Origin: Sedimentisphaerales bacterium
GTDB taxonomy: Bacteria; Planctomycetota; Phycisphaerae; Sedimentisphaerales; Anaerobacaceae
Length of the DNA stretch: 64,000 nucleotides
Assembly: GCA_040772485.1 (NCBI GenBank)
Contig: JAXGYC010000009.1
Coordinates: forward strand, 160,001 to 224,000
Reading direction: 5' to 3'
Shown here one piece after another: positions 59,111 through 64,000 of the stretch. A model generated the notes under the pieces. The model was not told where the DNA came from. It worked only from the letters and a program-made list of their open reading frames with translations, and did no database searches. The position numbers and the translations under genes are program-made. Every line of letters begins with the position of its first letter. The first letter of the stretch is position 1.

Positions 59111-59526
59111 GAGAGTGGGTTGGGCGGTCGCTCTGCATCGCTTCGTGCGAGGCAGGGAGGAAAGTCCGAGCAGGAAGGGGCACGGTGGTGGCTAACGGCC
59201 ACCGGGGGCGACCCCAGGGAAAGTGCCACAGAAAACACACGGCCGATGGCCCTTCGGGGCACAGGCAAAGGTGAAAAGGTGCGGTAAGAGCGCACCGCGA
59301 CGGCGGCGACGTCGTCGGCAGGGTAAACCCCACCGCCTGCAAGACCAAGCAGCCGGTCGACTTCGGTCGCACTTGGCCCGGGTGTGAGTCCGCCGCAGGC
59401 GGCTCGGCCGGCGGGTAGGTCGCGTCCCGTTTCGGCGGGAGAGCCGGTCGGCAACGGCCGGTCCAGACAAATGATCGCCGCCCGCCCTCGCGGCGGGTAC
59501 AGAACTCGGCTTACAGACCCACTCTC
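59111..59526 (+). ncRNA. rnpB: RNase P RNA, bacterial type A
   Basis: GAGGAAAGTCCG, GAAAGTGCCACAGAAA, GGTAAGAGC, GGTAAACCCC, ACAGAACTCGGCTTA; P1 pairing; upstream TGGTACAAT. Confidence 0.97.
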
Positions 59527-59569
59527 GGAATGAACCGTCTCCTGTAGGGGCGATCCGCCTCTGGCGGAA

Positions 59570-61597
59570 TTATTCGCCCCTGCCGACGGCCAGGACCTTG
59601 AGGCGGTTCAGGCCGCCGACCTGCTTGTCGCCGGCGCAGTAGGCCAGGAGCATCCGATCCCGCACGAAGGCAATCGCGGTGTAGCAGTACCAGCCGTCGG
59701 GATTCGCTTCGATAACGCGCGATTCGCTCCAGGAGTCGCCCTCGTCCTTGCTGACGGCCAGGCACAGAGGCGTGCGTCGGCCCTTCGGATAGGGATGGCG
59801 GCCGGAATGATCGTTCCACACGCAGACCAGATCGCCCGTCCAGGGAATGCGTTCGATCGAAGCGGGGCTCAGCGGCGAGGCCAGGTCGGAAGGGCGGGGC
59901 TTTGACCACGTCTGGCCGCCGTCCTGCGAGCGGCAGATGTACTGGCTGCCGGCGTCGGTGCGGATGTACATCATCAGCCGCCCGTCCTTGAGTTCTACGA
60001 CGCCCGGCTCCTGCACGGTGATGCGCCGGCCGTCGGGGTCGTAGCCTTTGAACGTGTCCTTGCTGCGGCGCCATGTCCGCCCGTTGTCGTCGGACAGATA
60101 GCACATGATGATGCCGGCGCTGTCGCGCGGTCGGCCCGGCCCCTGATGCCAGGCGACGGGCAAGACGATCCGGCCGGAAGTCAGTTGGACGGCCCGGTCA
60201 TTATTCAGGACATAATAGCCCACTTCATCGGTGATGCAGTCGGTCGGTTCGCTCCAGGTCCGCATCTCGTCCGTCGAGACGCACATGACGGGCCGGCAGT
60301 CCTCCTGTGAGGTCTTGCGCAGGTAGAACAGGGCGATCTGGCCGCTTGCCATTCGCAGCAGCGAGACGGACATGACGTTCAGCCCGCCCGTCCGGCGGAC
60401 CGCCGTCTGGGGCTCGCTCCAGGTCTCGCCGCCGTCGGCGGAAGTGCGCATCACCAAGTCGGCGGCCGCATGGTCGCTCCCACCGCCGGTGAATCGCGTG
60501 TAGATCAGGCACAATCGCCCATCCTTCAGCTCGATGAGATCGCCTTCGGAGTGGCGCGGATACGCGGCGCTTGGCTCAATGATCAACAGCGGCTTCGTTT
60601 CTCCACGAAGCGCGTCCGGCGGGAACCAGCCCCGGAGAAACTCCTCGGCCGTTCCCTCGTACACGGCCTCGGCGAGGAATTCCTCGCCCCGCTGATTGCC
60701 CCAGGAGTAGTTGATGACCAACCGGCCTTCGTATTCGCAGAAATCGATATCGGAGTTGTTGATGTTCTCGGCCTTGGCGATGCGCTGCCGCTGCTCGGTG
60801 GTGAGCTTCGGATTGGCGATCTGCTTGTCCTCGCCCGACGCCTTCAGCACCGGATTCAGCGGGCTCGGCTCCCAATGGATCAGGTCCGGCGAGCGCACCA
60901 CGCGCATCTCGTACCCTTCGTGGGCTTCCAGGTAGAAATCGTAAAAGCAGCCGTCGAGGTAGCGCAGGCAATGAGGTGCGCTGTAGCGGTCCTTGGCGTA
61001 GACGCACTCGGGCGGTGTGACCTCCCAGGTCCGCAGGTCCTTCGAGGTGGCGAACCGGGCGGTGAAGGCCGTTCCGGCCTGGTCCTCGGGCTTGTGGATT
61101 TCGAACATCATCACGTACCCGTCCGGCGTCTTGCAGATCGACGTATTGCAGATCCCGAACCCCTCCAGATCCAGCGCCGTCCAGTGCTCCCACGTCTTCA
61201 GATCCTTCGATGCGAACATCTCCACGCGCTGGCCCGTCCACCCCTGCTCTGTGCTCGTCCCCGTCACGTAAACCGCGTCCCCGTCGACAAACGCACTGGA
61301 AAAGACACAGCCCCGCGCCAACGGCGCCGTCGCCTCGCCGGTCTGCACATCCACCAACCGCGTATAGTTCTCGCCCAGCTCGTTACCCTCATAGCTCGTC
61401 CGCACCCACTCGCTACGGTACAGTCTTCCCTGGAATACGACCGGCGTTGTCTCCACCAGATCGCAGTCAATCGTCCCCAGTTTCCGAATCAAAGGCCGAC
61501 CTTGACCATCCACCGGTCCACCCAACACCTGCCCGATCAGCATCGGTACCAACACTACCGCCACAACCCATTCTCTTCTCATCCGTTGTCTCTCCAT
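59570..61597 (-). CDS. secreted two-domain glycoside hydrolase: GH43/32-like propeller plus BNR sialidase-family domain
   Basis: signal peptide; five Asp-boxes SADGGETW, STDEMRTW, SDDNGRTW, SQDGGQTW, SKDEGDSW. Confidence 0.82.
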   Translation of the reverse strand: MERQRMRREWVVAVVLVPMLIGQVLGGPVDGQGRPLIRKLGTIDCDLVETTPVVFQGRLYRSEWVRTSYEGNELGENYTRLVDVQTGEATAPLARGCVFSSAFVDGDAVYVTGTSTEQGWTGQRVEMFASKDLKTWEHWTALDLEGFGICNTSICKTPDGYVMMFEIHKPEDQAGTAFTARFATSKDLRTWEVTPPECVYAKDRYSAPHCLRYLDGCFYDFYLEAHEGYEMRVVRSPDLIHWEPSPLNPVLKASGEDKQIANPKLTTEQRQRIAKAENINNSDIDFCEYEGRLVINYSWGNQRGEEFLAEAVYEGTAEEFLRGWFPPDALRGETKPLLIIEPSAAYPRHSEGDLIELKDGRLCLIYTRFTGGGSDHAAADLVMRTSADGGETWSEPQTAVRRTGGLNVMSVSLLRMASGQIALFYLRKTSQEDCRPVMCVSTDEMRTWSEPTDCITDEVGYYVLNNDRAVQLTSGRIVLPVAWHQGPGRPRDSAGIIMCYLSDDNGRTWRRSKDTFKGYDPDGRRITVQEPGVVELKDGRLMMYIRTDAGSQYICRSQDGGQTWSKPRPSDLASPLSPASIERIPWTGDLVCVWNDHSGRHPYPKGRRTPLCLAVSKDEGDSWSESRVIEANPDGWYCYTAIAFVRDRMLLAYCAGDKQVGGLNRLKVLAVGRGE

Positions 61598-61623
61598 CGG
61601 CTTGTCATCAAAGCTTCGATGTT

Positions 61624-62898
61624 CTATGCACTCGGAACGATGGCCCCATGGTGGCGAAGCAGGTCCCGAATGTCTTCCAGGGGCACCTCAATCGGCGTGG
61701 TCTTCCGCTGCGCCGCCAGCGCGGCCGCAGCCCCGGCCGCTTGGCCCATGGCCATACACGAGGCCTGAACGCGAAGACCGGAATTGGCCAGACGGTCGCT
61801 CGAAACGCATCGACCGGCCGCCATGATGTTACGGCTTCCCTTCGGAACCAATGCCCTCAAGCCGATTGTCGGTACCGTGCCCCTGGCCAGAGGCTCGGGT
61901 TTGACCCCGCTTGGCGTGTGCAGATCCACGGGATAGAACGCGTAGCACACCGCGTCATCGAATACCCGACCGGACGTATAGTCCTCCACAGTGATCACGG
62001 TTTCCCCCCGGATGCGGTAGCTCTCACGATGTGCGGTCTCCGGCTGCATGTGTACCAGACGCGACGTGTCCTTCTGGCCACGCAGCTCCTTCAGAAGCAA
62101 CCTCCGCCCATCCAGGTTGGCCTCCGTCAAAGTGACCGAGGTCGACGAGTCCGCACCATGCACGTACAATTGCTCAAGTTGCCCACGACCCACAGGGTGT
62201 ACGCCCCCCAGCTTGTAGAGCAGCGAGCCGGGCTGCGTTTCGCTATCGCGAAGCCTGGGCAGGCCGAGCATCCCGACAACGCTGGCCCCGCCGGTACAGT
62301 CGATGATCTGTTGACACGTCACCCGGCGATATGTGCCCGGCCCCACGGTGTCCACCAGCCAACCATAGACTGTCTGCTCGACCGACAGCGGGGATTCGTA
62401 ATAAGCAACTGTAACGCCCGCCTCGACGCACGCTTCCTCTGCCAGAAGTGCGTAGACAAACTGGTTGACGCACACCTGATTCTGCCAATGACGCGCCGGG
62501 ACCTGGCTGAAGTCGGGCAGCGTCCCGTTGTCGAGTTCGACGGCTCGCTTCACCAGTTCCCAGCCGATTCCCGCGATGATCTGTTTGCCCCAGGCATCAA
62601 AAAGCCCCGGAAAAGACACACCGCCTGTTGTGGTGGTCCCCCCAAGCTGCGTGCCCCGCTCGACCAGGACCGTCTTGGCTCCCGCCCTGGCGGCCTGAAT
62701 CGCCGCGATGGTACCCGCCGTCCCGCCTCCGACCACCAGCACATCGGCCTCCGTCCTGACAGTCTCTTCCCTCTTGCCGGCACGTCGCGGCCGAGCACCG
62801 GAATCGGCCCCCAGCGCTGCACCGGATGAACCCGCCAGCGCGACACCGGCAACAGAGCGCCGCATGAATTGTCGTCTTCCCAGGTGACGGTCTTCCAT
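61624..62898 (-). CDS. Tat-exported FAD-dependent oxidoreductase
   Basis: GRRQFM twin-arginine signal; VVGGGTAG; IDCTG; AGRCVS..RVQASCMAMGQAAG. Confidence 0.9.
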   Translation of the reverse strand: MEDRHLGRRQFMRRSVAGVALAGSSGAALGADSGARPRRAGKREETVRTEADVLVVGGGTAGTIAAIQAARAGAKTVLVERGTQLGGTTTTGGVSFPGLFDAWGKQIIAGIGWELVKRAVELDNGTLPDFSQVPARHWQNQVCVNQFVYALLAEEACVEAGVTVAYYESPLSVEQTVYGWLVDTVGPGTYRRVTCQQIIDCTGGASVVGMLGLPRLRDSETQPGSLLYKLGGVHPVGRGQLEQLYVHGADSSTSVTLTEANLDGRRLLLKELRGQKDTSRLVHMQPETAHRESYRIRGETVITVEDYTSGRVFDDAVCYAFYPVDLHTPSGVKPEPLARGTVPTIGLRALVPKGSRNIMAAGRCVSSDRLANSGLRVQASCMAMGQAAGAAAALAAQRKTTPIEVPLEDIRDLLRHHGAIVPSA

Positions 62899-63166
62899 CT
62901 CTTCTCTCACGGTATTTGGCATTTCTTCCAGAGCCTCCCGGTCTCTTCGACACGGCCGCCACGTGCCCGATCCGGATGTGAATCTCGCTCACTGGACCAC
63001 TGTCTCATCCACGGACGCATCTCCACGTCGAACGCGTCGGCGTTGAAAGCCCTCCCTTCCCGCAAGTCCTTCTTGGCTCGCTCCAACCTCTACTCCACAC
63101 GCTCTTCTCATACGCCATTTTTCCTGTTGTCGCCATCAATCGTCGGGACGACCGCCCCACGCTGAT

Positions 63167-64000
63167 CTAGCCCACCGGATGCCCCGCCACCGGGCCCCGC
63201 TCGACACAGTCTTTCAGCCGGTCCCATTCCTCCAGGAAATCCCCCAGGTGCTCCTTGCCCCCTTCGCGAATCTCCGCGTCGATCATTTCCCGCACCAGCT
63301 CCTGCTCCTGTTCGTAATGCTCCGTACTGAAATGCCCCCCGAAATGCGCGACCCGCAGCCACACCAGGTACGTCGTCAGCGCGTCGAACTCGTTGTAAGC
63401 GATGATCTTGTCGAGGTGGCCGTCGAGCCACAGGGCCGCGACCTGCTCGCCGTCGACGTCCATCTTGCCGGGGATGCCGGAGAGCGTGGCGATCTCGTTG
63501 AGCGAAGGCGTCGCCTTGCCCCAGCCGGCGACGACCTCCTTGAGATCCACACTGGCTTCGCTGTTGCGGCTGTCGAAGTAGTCCTCGCCTTCCCACGGTT
63601 TGTTCGGGCGCTTGCAGAACTCCGGCATGGACAGGCCCAGGACGACGCCGCGCTGGATCAGCGCCTTCAGGTCGGCGCTGGCGGAGTTGAAGCCGACGAG
63701 CTGAGGTTTGTACTGCCCGGCTTTGCCCAGAAAGGTGCCCACCACGTGTCGCTCCTCGATCTGGGCGGGATCGTGACTGTCGCGCGGCAGCGACAGCAGG
63801 TGGAGCTTCACATCGTTGCCCGTCTGGTGCCGCTCGACCGCCGCGATGGATACGATCCGGCACAGCACCGTCTTGAGGTAAGGCGTCGGGTCCTCCTCCG
63901 TCGCGCCGCCTTTCTTCCACATGACCTCGACGACCTCCCTGTCGGGCATCTCCACCGGCAGTTTGTACAACAGCCGGCCCGCCAGCGGATCGGGAATCCA
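63167..64000 (-). CDS. PolB-like 3'-5' exonuclease (5' end outside the window)
   Basis: open frame to the window edge (WIPDP..); RIVSI, LVGFNS..ADL, GIPGK..VDG, YNEFDALTT. Confidence 0.85.
   Translation of the reverse strand, partial: WIPDPLAGRLLYKLPVEMPDREVVEVMWKKGGATEEDPTPYLKTVLCRIVSIAAVERHQTGNDVKLHLLSLPRDSHDPAQIEERHVVGTFLGKAGQYKPQLVGFNSASADLKALIQRGVVLGLSMPEFCKRPNKPWEGEDYFDSRNSEASVDLKEVVAGWGKATPSLNEIATLSGIPGKMDVDGEQVAALWLDGHLDKIIAYNEFDALTTYLVWLRVAHFGGHFSTEHYEQEQELVREMIDAEIREGGKEHLGDFLEEWDRLKDCVERGPVAGHPVG

Noticed and set aside
59088..59470. Short ORFs overlapping 59100-59530
   Set aside because: The region is the RNase P RNA gene

Overview
This is a GC-rich bacterial chromosome segment. 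Gene content (four N-methyl-Phe prepilin-like proteins with H-X9-D[G/W/Y] motifs, a multi-PDZ RseP, a BNR sialidase) suggests Planctomycetota, probably Phycisphaerae; this placement is an inference. Housekeeping genes include dxr, rseP, ispA, miaA, nrdR, a thyA-like gene, ribE, pdxA, rsmA, an RluA-family synthase, trkAH, recG, pcm, nadB and the RNase P RNA rnpB. The most notable accessory features are: (1) a 12.5-kb operon of TonB-dependent receptor, YfiR-like protein, four tandem histidine kinases with near-identical transmitter DNA and one receiver-only regulator; (2) an SHMT homologue with many active-site substitutions; (3) nrdR with tandem NrdR boxes over its own promoter, followed by a stand-alone double ATP-cone protein; (4) a candidate ~195-nt structured sRNA bounded by a promoter and a terminator; (5) a PIN-toxin module flanked by a duplicated 3' end of the RluA gene; (6) two large palindromic REP/MITE-like elements. 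No CRISPR array, rRNA, tRNA or transposase was seen. All calls come from reading motifs by eye; no database searches were run.
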